Of a DNA stretch of 64,000 nucleotides, positions 24,554-37,300 are shown piece after piece. Source of the DNA: Balanoglossus misakiensis. Its lineage: Eukaryota; Animalia; Hemichordata. Position numbers and translations under genes: made by a program. Positions within the stretch are counted from its first letter, which is position 1, and the number at the start of each line of letters is the position of its first letter. The stretch is taken from assembly GCA_040954595.2 (NCBI GenBank), contig CM082590.2, positions 6,510,001-6,574,000 of the forward strand. The letters are read 5' to 3'. Under the pieces are notes generated by a model that made no database searches, was not told the DNA's origin, and saw nothing but the letters and a program-made list of their open reading frames with translations.

Positions 24554-26614
24554 TTAAGTGAGTTCCCAATTTGCAAGTTTCCATTCATTGCAAAGGCATT
24601 AGTCGAATTATACAAGGTGCCCCAACACAAAACTGGAAATGGTGTTTAATGTCACAATTTTTCTGGACGGCAAAGCGATTAAATTTAATCACAGTAAAAA
24701 AGCAAACAAAATTATGATACATTCTATTGTTTCATAGCCATATCCATAGATATAAAATCTGGTAAAAGTGCCCCAAACATCAGAGACGTGAAAGTTCATG
24801 TTTTTCTTTAGTATATAGTGGCCTGTGACAGACATTTGCAATACTTCCAACAGGCCTGTTCTGTCAGGACAGTACTGTGGCTGGATTGTTAAGATCAGAT
24901 CAGATTTAGACCTACACCAGGTTTGATCCAGCAGACTGCTGCGGGTCTGGGTCCATATGGCTACACACATAATCTGTTTGTCAAAAATGCACCCAGAGCT
25001 GGGAACTTCGGCTAATCAAATGTACGTTTCCTGTCACATTTTGTGAATTACACAAAGCAACTCAAAAGATTCATCATCTGTGTTTACAATTAACCACTGT
25101 AGATGACATTACCAACGGGCAGTTTGACGTTAGTCGAGTGCAATCGGTAGGCCTGGCACATTCTATTTTGACAATAGGGGTCATGCCAGGTCTTCCAACA
25201 CTGTTGATGTAAGCAGATCAGTTGTCGAACTCTCTGAGTGCCTATTCATTCTAGCTAGTCCAAGCAAAATAGAATCCATTTCTACAAGGTGCATTTTTGT
25301 ATTTCTCACACATACCAGTAGGTCTATCTTGACGTTTAACGATTTTTCAGTGGCATGCACACACACACACACATGCATGCTCACACAAACACACACACAA
25401 GCTCAATCCTGCCAATAACACGAAAATTGACAGTGCTTCTCATAACCGTCGTTTTGAGTACAGACCCTTGCATCTTGTGTACGCCCTATACTGTTCTAAT
25501 TTTCATTTAACAATTTATACTTGTTTGAAAATGGGAACTGCATTCATATAAAAATTCAGTCAGCCCGTTTTATCGCTCCAAAATTGTTCTTCAACCCCAC
25601 ACAATCCTCTCTTCACAGTGTGTAGTGACTCATTGACAAATATTCTGGATTTGCAAATCAAATATTTTAATAATCAAATTTCGTATTGTTATTCAAAAAT
25701 GTAGCAGAGATGAACTGATTATAAAATCACTTGAAGGATGAGAGAGTTTCAAAATGATAAAACGTTGCAAGCACAAATATTGTACAAACATAATGAAATC
25801 AAACATATTACATGTTTAGTACTGTTATTCGAATAGGTAGCAAATATATGTACTGATTATAATATCAATTGTATGATAATACAGTTTGAAATTAATGAAA
25901 TGTTACAAGTACAAATGTTGAAGAAAAATACATTCTTGTTTATGTAGCAAACATAATAAAATATTCAAATTATACAAATTCTCAGAGAAATCTAGAGATA
26001 TATAAGAAAAAGTTACAACCCACACAGAAATGAAACATTCTACCTGAAAAAAATCAGCTGCCAACATTGATTCCTCTCAAATTAATTAGCGGCTAAGTAC
26101 GCTGTCATTATCAGAAGACTAACATTGTCAAACAAACAAACACAAAACTTTTTGTGTACAGATGTTGCATATAATTTTCAAATGTTTAAAAACTAGAAAT
26201 TGAAAAAGTACACTGATAAAATTCAATTTCATACAGTACTCTAAAAAATGACCGGGAAAGCCCCGTCTATTTTCGCTCATGATTAAATCAACCTACTTTC
26301 AAGCTTTCGTTGAATAGACCCGAAACTGAAATTATATGAGTCACGCAAATTCCCCCTCTCGCACACTATAGAATTCAAGCATTGTTGTTCCAACAAAACA
26401 GAAAATTCTTTCTTAGGGTAGATGACTACCTAGATGCTGTGCATGGCTATCACATCCCACATACATATTTGGTGTGACTTGATAAACCCTCGTGTCAAAC
26501 AATCGTTTTTCGGTCTGTGTCCGACCAGACAGAACTCGACTCAATGGAGTGGATACATACCAAGGCAAAAATATAGCAGAGGAAGATATGTTTGTCAAGA
26601 AACGCGATCATTAA

Positions 26615-26946
26615 AGCCTCTAGAGCTTTTGCATTATTTTCATGATTCTATTTTCCAACTTAAATTGGCCCATCTAAATAAGCTTACTGATAGGTATACA
26701 TGAACACCTTATTGATGCCCGATTATGACTGCATGTTGCAATTTGAACACACTATGCCGCACCGATTTAATCAGCCTCCGTACAAACAGAACGCAGCTGT
26801 CGTGGTATGCGTCGCCAAGGGATGACAAACTGATGCAAATGCAAGTAATATGGCTTAATTAATGGTGAGGATTTTAGAGGATAGGGAATATATTTGAAGT
26901 ATTTTATCGTGATAAAAATATGTGAAATTTGGCAGCTCTGGAGGCT
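26615..26946. mobile_element. Kolobok-like MITE with TTAA TSD
   Basis: TTAA-AGCCTCTAGAGCT...GGCAGCTCTGGAGGCT-TTAA. The body matches gene B intron 1 (3691-3993). Confidence 0.75.
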
Positions 26947-27415
26947 TTAACTGTTTAACAAACAACATATGCATTGCTAATTAATAGACTGGCATGCAGT
27001 TGTAAGATTTAAAAGCAAACACATTTCCGTTGTTGCCGCCATTTTGGCGTAAAGAGCAGAACAGAAATAAATTCAAGTTGTTTTCTTGGCTGTAATGGCT
27101 CTGGTGTACTTTGTTGAACGACTAGTGTCTGTGAAAGATTAAAGACTTTTAACACAATACGAAATCACTCAGGGAGAACAGTCCTGTCAAGCCTCTATGA
27201 GTCAGAAAAATACCCATTGTTGTTCAGTCTCGTGTAACAGAAAGTTAACATACGACCAGTCGAGCTTTCAATTGATCTTTGGTGACGTCACACGTCACTG
27301 AAATAAATGGAGGTTAGCATATGTCCATGTAGTAAATGTGTTAATTTTACTTCGCGTACAAAAATCCATGGTAGACATTTCGCCTTGTCTTCGGTATATG
27401 TAAACTGCTTTAAAG

Positions 27416-27453
27416 TGTATGTATGTATGTATGTATGTATGTATGTATGTATG
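27416..27453. repeat. (GTAT)n microsatellite
   Basis: Directly visible. Confidence 0.9.
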
Positions 27454-27673
27454 TTTTATTTTAGGTGCATGCGTGCGTGCACGTCTGTGTGCATAAAAGT
27501 AAATCAAAATAATGGTTTGAAAACTCACATGTCTCTTATTTATATTTCGGCGTGATATTTTGTTGGCAAGCGCTACAACCACAGTATGCAGAAAGACAAT
27601 TGAAAAAAAAACTGACAGTCAAACTGAATTCTCATTTAAATCAATTTCCACCATGACATGCCTGTTATCACTT

Positions 27674-28629
27674 TTATAAGTAAATAACACGCTGCACTTG
27701 GTTTGTAAACATATCGGTTTGCCTCTCAAAATTGCCGAGTGACTTCTCCGCGTCTTTAATGTGAGACTTCATGTCGTGCAGTTCCTCCTTTTGTAACTTG
27801 ATCTTGCCTTCTCTCAGCAACGTGACCAATTCTCGGAATTTGGTGAGGAGAACTTTCTGGGTTGTGATTCCATTATTCATAACATCTGTCCAGGAAGACA
27901 TCGTCGTTTTGACGTCGCTGATTTGATCGTTTATCCGTTTGATTTCTGTGAACAGACAGATGAAAAGATTGTTTATACATTATGGTCGGAACGTGTGTCA
28001 ACCTACTAATAAATTCACATAGTTATAGTGATATTTTAATAACGTCATAATTACTCTACACCACAAGAGCAATTATCAAACATTTGCAGCGACTTACTAA
28101 TTGAGCTTCCTTAGTCTTAGCTGTAGTCAATTCTGTAATCATCACGTCATAGTGTATTACTCAAAGAAATGACAATGTAATGTCAACAATTTTAGTGAAT
28201 GAAACATGTCTTGTCAGAAACGAATCCTATCCACAAGTTCGTTTGTCACAAAGAACATCAGTTATAACAAATTTGCCGACAAGCGCAATATTAGCCATTT
28301 AACATTTTGTCAAGGGGTAGCTACTTGCTATTTTCAATACAAGTGGCTATTAATAATAAAAGAATATATAAAATCAAGGAAGAGAAGCAATTATGCTGGG
28401 GTCAAACCTAAATCATAGCCTTGTATCTTGTATGTTCACTCTATATAAGGAAATAAATAAAATTCGCTACCCAGAGAAGTTCTTAAACTGCCTTCTGCTT
28501 GTATGTGTAATTATGTGTAGTGGAGGTTTTATCATAAGCACTGGTAGTTGGAAGCATTGTGCTAAATGGTCATTTACCGAAATAAACAATAACAAAATAT
28601 ACAATGAAGAGTATTAGGACCTAGTCTAC

Positions 28630-28661
<32 letters not shown>

Positions 28662-31287
28662 CAATTAACTACAATCCTCTACAAACCGACCTTCAGTAGT
28701 TGTCTTTATATTTCTATCACCACCATAATAGTTAACAGCACCAAATCCAGCGTACAGCAAACCTGGTAACGATAACATGCACACCCCAACGGCGATGAGG
28801 GCCACTCCTTCGGCACGCTGTGCATGGCCCAGAACGTTGAGCGATTCGTTCACTGAACGCGACGATTCCAAGCACTGGACGATTCTACGTGTGGAGTCTC
28901 CTGTTTTCTGCAATGATGAATTCAATTGTTTCGACACTTTGTCGAATGATCCTCTGCACTGATCCCCAAGCTGTGTTAGCTCAGAGCTCATACCATGTTC
29001 GATGTAGGCTTGATTACGTTCTGTAAAATAAATTAATTTTCAGTCAAAACTTTGGCCTTGAGCATATTTGAGTCTAATAAAATTCGAGATTTAAAGTGGC
29101 TGCCAATCTCTGTGTTGAAGTCAATTGAGAAATTTAAATTAGAGATTTTTGTGAAAACAAGACGGTAAACACTTACTTTCTTCTTAATTTTTAAAAACAT
29201 GACCTCCACATTTACCATGGCACATGATACATTAAAGGTATACGGTCACCTATGCAAATTTAGCCACAGTTACCATGGTAAATTAGGATCTAGCCAATCG
29301 CTGATTTTCAGTGGGTGGCACACGCGAAAAAGAGAGCGTCACCGTATGTTCTTTAGAACGCTCAAATATGCCATTTCAGCCATATATGGGCGTATATAAA
29401 TTGGAGGTGACTGTATACCTTTAACTGAACCAAAATATGTCAAATTCCAAAGGTTAATAAAGCACAGTAGATTTAGATGTGCTACTGAACCTCTCAAAAT
29501 TCGTTTATAAAACAATATAATTCGAAAAACTAAAAAAATTAATATATGGTGTTTGGTATCTGATTTTCTTATACATGTAGTTATTATTCAGCTTGTCTGT
29601 AAGTATGATATCTGTCTTACTTATAACTGTTATTCAGCTTGTCTGAATATGCTTATAAATGTAATTCCTTTCAAATGTAAACATGTAAGAAATGTTCTAT
29701 AACCGCTGTAAGAAATTAGAAGAATAACATCTGATATATGATAGACCAACTTGAGTCATTCAATTTTCGAATATAAATGCGTTGGTTCATAAAAATTCAC
29801 TTGCGTAATACAGAATCCTAGAAAAGGTCCATTAGGCCAGGAAGAAAAAATAAATTGTTCATCGGAATCGCCGCTTTTACTTTGGCTGATTTGGAATTTT
29901 TTTTTTTTTTTTTTGGATCTCGTCAAATTCTACTTCCGCGTTACAAAATTCTTAGTACTACCGCTGGTGGCCAGAATATGTTGTGCAAACACCAACTGTA
30001 AATGTAATGGCTATATGTTATTGTTGGGAAATATAGTATTGAATTCAGTTACAAGTACATGTATCAGTGTTTTTGAGATATTTCTGGTAAAAAGGGAAAC
30101 ATTTATCTCGCCTTATCTGCATCTGTGCAAATATGCCAGAGAACCGCATTTACCTTCAGCCTAAAAAAAAAAATCGCTCGCCTCTCCTGGAACTAGGTCC
30201 AAAAAATCTGATGAACAAGATTTTTATTCTCTCTGGCCTTAATACATTCAGATTTGTATTACTGAATAATATCGGGTTTTAAACTAAATAAAGAAATAAT
30301 ATATCCTTTCACGGTACCTGCTTTGTCAATTTCTCTCTTTAAGACTGCAAAAGCTGATGGGTCCATATCGTGTCTGAAACGCATCACCCCTGTTTCCAGT
30401 ATTTCGCGGACAAAAGCTATCTCCTCGCTCTCGAAGACGGGCCGATAGCGTTCCAATCCGTGTTGCCGTAGAAACGGATCGACCTCTCTGTTACTGAATT
30501 CGATTTCTGACTCCAGACATCGAAGTACAGCCTTGCAGCGTATGCCGTAGTGTCTATAGATGAAAAACATACATAGGCGTATTACAAGGACTTGATGTGG
30601 TATGTGGTCACCACTGATAGACATATCGACTGATGACCCACAAATACTGGCCCGTATAGCCACCTGTAAACAGGTCGAATAAAAAATCCGAATTTACCCC
30701 TCTTCTACGTCATAAACCGGAAAAATTTTCACTGATTCGCCCATCGCTGTATATTTATTGTGAAAGTGCATGTACCAGTATTTGTACAGAAATGAAATAA
30801 AACACGACGTTTCCATGAGAATATCGCTTGGTAAAATATATGAAAGGTGGAATTAGGAATTCCACACGGATCTTAGGCGATAACTGTACGTAACGTTCTG
30901 ATCCAAGCCAGAGTCTGTGCAAGGCTGTATTTTTGTGGAGAACTCTACATCTGTTCCTATATTGCCATTTTGGTAATTTTTGAGAATAGAAGATCTGCCA
31001 GGCATAAATAAAAGGAGACGCCAAGAAATAGGAAGTACCAATATTTACCTAATTTCGCCACATTCCTTCAGTATTTCACGGTATACTTGTTTGACTTGAC
31101 TTATAGCATATTTGACTATGCTGTTCACATCACTGTTGGAGAACTCTATGTTCGAGAGCTGAATAAGCAGATATCTGACTTCAGTGATGCTATCCTTCAG
31201 CGTCTCCCAAGCTTTGGTGATCAGGTCATCGTCGAAACTTTTCCCGCATGCAATTATCTCTGAGATGTAGGACTGATTGAGCGACAT
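27674..31287 (-). CDS. Gene C: 358-aa divergent paralog with SAM-like domain and hydrophobic segment; exons 31287-31049, 30553-30318, 29020-28691, 27945-27674
   Basis: ACCACCATG start context and in-frame GT-AG junctions. Exon sizes 239/236/330/272 versus 239/236/309/272 in A'. Shared motifs include VKQVYREILKECGEIR, CLESEIEFSN, FLRQHGLERYRPVFESEEI and HDMKSHI. Hydrophobic stretch GVALIAVGVCMLSLPGLLYAGFGAV. Confidence 0.87.
29236..29420. mobile_element. 185-bp MITE with TTAA TSD (Kolobok-like) in gene C intron 2
   Basis: TTAA-AGGTATACGGTCACC...GGTGACTGTATACCT-TTAA. Confidence 0.8.
29834..30239. mobile_element. ~400-bp MITE in gene C intron 2
   Basis: Imperfect TIRs AGGCCAGGAAGAAAAAATAAATTGTTCATC / GATGAACAAGATTTTTATTCTCTCTGGCCT. 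Confidence 0.6.
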
Positions 31288-31362
31288 GGTGGTATCTAAA
31301 ATACATTGAATCGATGGAATTTTCAGGTAAATCATTTTTCCCATAAAGGAAACAAAGAAAGA

Positions 31363-34300
31363 TTAAAGCTGCAAGCAGCGTTGGGGGGGCACAAGCGGTT
31401 CCCATGGTGACCAGCAAATTCCACGGCTGTATCTGCTGGGGATACCGAGACATGGGAAAGTAGGTCAAAGGTCACCTGAGGTCACCCCAAATTTGGGCAA
31501 AAAAAATTGGACCCCATACTAGTCTAGATCCAACAAAAAACCAGACCCCTAGCCCTATTGGTTCGCCTGCAATTAGGTATGCACATAATTAATGAGGTCT
31601 TGTGTAAGACTCCATTATGTGCTCAATACCCATAACAGCCAGGGCTCTAACTGCTCTGGATGCTGAGATATGGGAAAGTAGATCAAAGGTCACCCAAGGT
31701 CACCCAAAATTAGGGCATAAAATTTTGACCCCAGACTGGGCCATGTCCAACCAATACCAGACCTCTAGCCCTATTGGGTAGCATGGAATTAGATATGCAG
31801 AAATAGGTCAAAGGTCATTGCCAAAATTACCAAAATATTTGTGTCATGTCCTGGCAGCATTGGTACCCATGTCCACAAAATTCATGAATGTGGTGCTTTT
31901 ACAAGAGGAGGTATGGGGAATATGCATATATAATTAGTTCTTTTAAAACTGGGTCAAAGGTCATGTGAAAATTGCCACGAAAAATTGTGACAACTTCCGG
32001 TCATATGATGACTCATATCCAAAAAAAGAATTTCCGTGCTGTCAACATTTTGGCTACAAAACAGAATTTTCATTTTTCAATGGTTTTCCGAAAATCCAAC
32101 ATGGCCGCCATAATGATCGACCAATCACAGTGCGCTTCGCAAACTTGATAGACATAGGTTAGGTGACCACATATCCCAAATCCCGAGAATCGGTAACCGC
32201 TGGTTCTGGAGAAGAAGATTTTTAAAGTTTTAAGTATTTTTTAAGAAAAACAATTGTAGCAAAAAAACTTTATGTGTGACGTCATGATTTCAATGGGGTA
32301 AAATGATGGACAGAAGGTAGGCTACCTGCACACCAAATTTGAACTCGATCGGCCTTGTAGTTTTTGAGAAGGACTCATTTAACGGTTTTCAGGAAATCCA
32401 ATATGGCCGCCAGGTCACATGACTAATTAAATATTCACGGGCCACTGCACGTCTACTCATTGGCCCCTATCACCCTACCAAGTTTCAGCCCCCTGGGTGC
32501 TGCGGTTTTCCAGATCTACCTGGCCGAATTTCTCGGAAGAAGAATAATAATAATAATTAAAGCTGCAAGCAGCATTGTCCGGGCCCAAGCTCTATTATCT
32601 GATCTGATTATTAGATATGCACATAATTAATGAGTAGAAACATAATGATGTGTTTTACCCCATGAAATATCAAGGTTATATCTATGTTTGGTGTTGATTA
32701 AGTGTTAAGTAGGTCAAAGGTCACCCAGAGGTCACCCACAATTTGGGCAGAAAATTTTGACCCATAGTGGTCCATGTCCAACAAAAACCAGACCTCTAGC
32801 CCTTTTGGTTAGCCCGGAATTAGGTATGCACATAAATAATGAGTAAAGCAGGTGTCACAGGTGACCCAAAACTTTGGCTTTTCATTATGGCCCCATACCT
32901 CCAAACGCCAAGGCTGTATCTGGTGTGGATGTCGAGATATGCAAAAGTAGGTCAAAGGTCACCCGAGGTCACCCAACATTTGGGCAAAATATTTTGACCC
33001 CAAACTGGTCCATGTATAACAAAAACAAAACCTCTAGGTCTATTGGTTCATCATTAATTAGGTATGCGCATATTTAATGAGGTCGCCAGAGGTCAAAGGG
33101 GTCATGAAATGTAGCAAAATTTTTTGATCACATACAAATCCACATACATCAAAAACCAAACTTATAGCCCTATTGGTTAGCCTGGAATTAGATATGCAGA
33201 AAAATGATTCGTCAAAAGTAGGTCAAAGGTCATTGCCAAAATTACCAAAAAATGTATAGCTTATTCTTGTCATATGATGATTCATATCCATAAAAAGAAT
33301 TTCTGTGCTATCAATTTTTAGGCTAGAAAAGGAATTTTTACTTTTTAATCGTTTTTCACAAAATCCAATATGGCCGCCACAATCTTCGACCAATCACATT
33401 CCCCTTCGCAAACTTGATAGACATCTGTTTAATGACCACACACACCAAATCTTGTGACTCGGTTATCGCCCGTTCTGGAGAAGAAGATTTTTGAAGTTTT
33501 ACTATGGTTTTTCGAAAATCCAATATGGCCGCCATAATCTTCGACCAATCACAATGATCTTCGCAAACTTGATAGACATCAGTTAGGTGACCACATACCC
33601 CAAACGGCGTGACTCGGTTATCGCCGGTTCTGGAGAAGAAGATTTTTGAAATTTTGACCAGATTTCAGAAAAACAACTGTAGCAAAAAAACTGCAACATT
33701 GACAGCAAAATATCCAATTACAAATATGATGGGCAGAGGGTATACTACCAGCACGCAAAATCTGAAGTCGATCTGACTTGTAGTTTCTGAGATCTGAGAT
33801 TTGCATTTTTTCAGAAAATCCAAGATGGCCGCCAGGTCATGTGACTAATTAAAAATTCATGGGTTCAATGCACGACTACTCATTGACCTTGACCACTGTA
33901 GCAAGTTTGAGAACTGTACCTGCAGTGGTGTCTGAGATCTAGAGCGACAAAGAAATGACAGAAGAATAAAGAAAGAAGAAAGAAAGAAAGACAGAAAAAC
34001 CCCAACGAAACCAATAGGGCCCAAGCGCTGGTATGCGCTTGGGCCCTAATTAAAGCTGCAAGCAGCATTGTCCGGGCCCAAGCTTTATTATCTGATCTGA
34101 TATTAGATATGCACATAATGAATGAGAAGAAACATAATGCTGTGTTTATCCCATGAAATATCAAGGTTATATCTATGTTTGGTGCTGATATAGTGTTAAG
34201 TAGGTCAAAGGTCACCCAGAGGTCACCCACAATTTGGGCAGAAAATTTTGACCCATAGTGGTCCATGTCCAACAAAAACCAGACCTCTAGCCCTTTTGGT

Positions 34301-37300
34301 TAGCCCGGAATTAGGTATGCACATAAATAATGAGTAAAGCAGGTGTCACAGGTGACACAAAACTTTGGCTTTTCATTATGGCCCCATACCTCCAAACGCC
34401 AAGGCTGTATCTGCTGTGGATGTCGAGATATGCAAAAGTAGGTCAAAGGTCATCTGAGGTCACCCAAAATTTGGGCAGAAAATTTTGACCCATAGTGGTC
34501 CATGTCCAACAAAAACCAGACCTCTAGCCCTTTTGGTTAGCCCGGAATTAGGTATGCACATAAATAATGAGTAAAGCAGGTGTCACAGGTGACCCAAAAC
34601 TTTGGCTTTTCATTATGGCCCCATACCTCCAAATGCCAAGGCTGTGCCTGCTTTGGATGCTGAGATATGCAAAAGTAGGTCAAAGGTCATCTGAGGTCAT
34701 CCAAAATTTGGGCAAAAAATTTTGACCCCATACTGGTCCATGTCCAACAAAAACCAAACCTGTAGCTCAATTGGTTCGCCCTTAATTAGCTATGCACATA
34801 ATTAATGAGGTCAGCAGAGGTCAAAGGGGTCATGAAAAGTAGCAAAATATTTTGATCACACACTAATCCACATGCATCAAAAACAAAACGTCTAGCCCTA
34901 TAGGTTAGCCTGGAAATAGATATGCAGAAATAATAATGTGTGAAAAGTAGGTCAAAGGTCATGTGAAAAATCACCAAAAATTTGTAACATATTGTAGTCA
35001 TATGACGATTGATATCCATAAAAAGAATTTGTATGCTATTAATTTTTATACTAGAAAAAGGAATTTTAATTTTTCACTGCTTTTTACAAAATCCAATATG
35101 GCTGCCATAATCTTCGACCAATCACATTCCTCTTCCCAAACTTGATAGACATCTGTTTAATGACCACACACACCAAATCTTGCGACTCGGTTATCGCCGG
35201 TTCTTGAGAAGAAGATTTTTGAAATTTTACTAGTGTTTTTCGAAAATCCAATATGGCCGCCATAATCTTCGACCAATCACAATGATCTTCGCAAACTTGA
35301 TAGACATCAGTTAGGTGACCACATACCCCAAACCCCGTGTCTCGGTTATCACCGGTTCTGGAGAAGAAGATTTTTGAAATTTAAGCCAGATTTCAGAAAA
35401 AAAATTGTAGCAAAAAAACTGCAACTTTGTCAGCATAATTTCCATTACAAAAATGATTGACAGAAGGTAGTCTACCTGCACGCCAAATTTGAAGTTGATC
35501 TGACTTGTAGTTTCTGAGATCTGAGATTTGCATTTTTTCAGAAAATCCAAGATGGCCGCCAGGTCATGTGACTAATTAAAAATTCATGGGTTCAATGCAC
35601 GACTACTCATTGACCTTGACCACTGTAGCAAGTTTGAGAACTGTACCTGCAGTGGTGTCTGAGATCTAGAGCGACAAAGAATTGACAGAAGAATAAAGAA
35701 AGAAGAAAGAAAGAAGGAAAGACAGAAAAACCCCAACGAAACCAATAGGGCCCAAGCGCTGGCTTGCGCTTGGGCCCTAATAATATAGCTGCAAGCAGCA
35801 ATAGCGGGCCCAAGCCAACATAGTACATAGCACATAGCAACATAGCAATAAGCATATCTGCTCTGGATGCCAAGATATGGTTAAGTAGGTCAAAGGTCAC
35901 CTGAGGTCATGCAAAATTTGGGCAATAAATTTTGACCCTATACTGGTCCATGTTCAACAAAAACCAAACCTATAGCCCTATTGGTTAGCCTGGAATTAGG
36001 TATGCACATAATTAATGAGGTAGGCAGGTGTCACAGGTGATCCCCAATTTTGGCTTTTCAATTTTAGTCCCAACCCTCCAAACGCCAAGTCTGTACCTGC
36101 TGTGGATGCCAAGATCTGGTAAAGTAGGTCAAAGGTCAGCCGAGGTCAAGCAAAATTTGGGCAAGAAATTTTGAACCTATACTGGTCCATGTTCAACAAA
36201 AACCAAACCTATAGCCCTATTGGTTAGCCTGGAATTAGGTATGCACATAATAAATGAGATATACAGGTGTCACAGGTGACCCCCATTTTGGCTTTTAAAT
36301 TTTAGTCCCAACCCTCCAAATGCCAAGTCTGTACCTGCTCTGGATGCCGAGATATAGGAAAGTAGGTCAAAGGTCACCCAAAATTTGGGCCAGAAATTTT
36401 GACCCCATACTGGTCCATGTCCCACAAGAATGAAACCTCTAGCCCTCTTAGTTAGCCCAGAATTAGGTATGCACATAATTAATGAGTTAAGCAGGTGTTA
36501 CAGGTGAGCCTAAAATTTTGCCTTTTATTTTGGTGCCATTGTGCTCACTGACCAATAGATAGTCACTGTACAAGACTATTGCACAGACCAGAATTCCACA
36601 ATAAGACATGGACATAGCTTAACCATAGAAGTATAAGTAAAGGTATAAATTTAATAAAAAAATTAATATAAAAAAATCGGTCGATTTTTCATATTATTTT
36701 TTTCCGCTTAAAATTATTGACAAATGCTAGGCTAGCTGCACACCAAAGTTGGAGATGATCGGCCTAACAGATTTTGAGATATGTATGCATATTTATCCAA
36801 AATAATATGTTGTCATAGCTTAACTATGTAAAGTATAGGCACATGTCTTGGGCGAAAAATATGAAAAATAATACTTAAAAATCTTCTTCTCAAAATTGAC
36901 ATGGCCTATGGCCTTGACATTTGGCATGTAGAACCCTGGCCATGTGGTCCACAAAGCATCTGAACAGAATTTTGATTTCTCAATTCATATGCAAATTAGG
37001 CCGATTTGAAAATTTTGCCCATATATAGTCATCAGGTCACATGACTTATTAAACATTCACAAGGGTACTGCACCAGCTCTCATTGGCCTGCACCATTGTG
37101 CTAAGTTTGAAATTGGTAGGTTCAGCCGTTCTCCAGATCTACCTGGCCGAAAAAACTACACAAGAAGAAGTAGAAGAAAAAAGCCAACAATACCAATAGG
37201 GCCCAAGCCTGCTTGGCTTGGGCCCTAAATAATAATTAAAGCTGCAAGCAGCGTTGGCGGGGCACAAGCGGTTCCCATGGTAACCAGCAAATGCCAAGGC

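Noticed and set aside
24689-25396. Coding-like stretch on the minus strand between A' and C
   Set aside because: Multiple stops in the frames examined and no family recognised; it may be a decayed TE or gene fragment but cannot be supported.
1167-31344. ORF-track starts and ends for the cluster genes (e.g. 1167-1586, 3969-4346, 4909-5595, 30259-30663)
   Set aside because: These ORFs run into introns. Splice-defined exons with conserved sizes and phases across paralogs explain the coding parts better.
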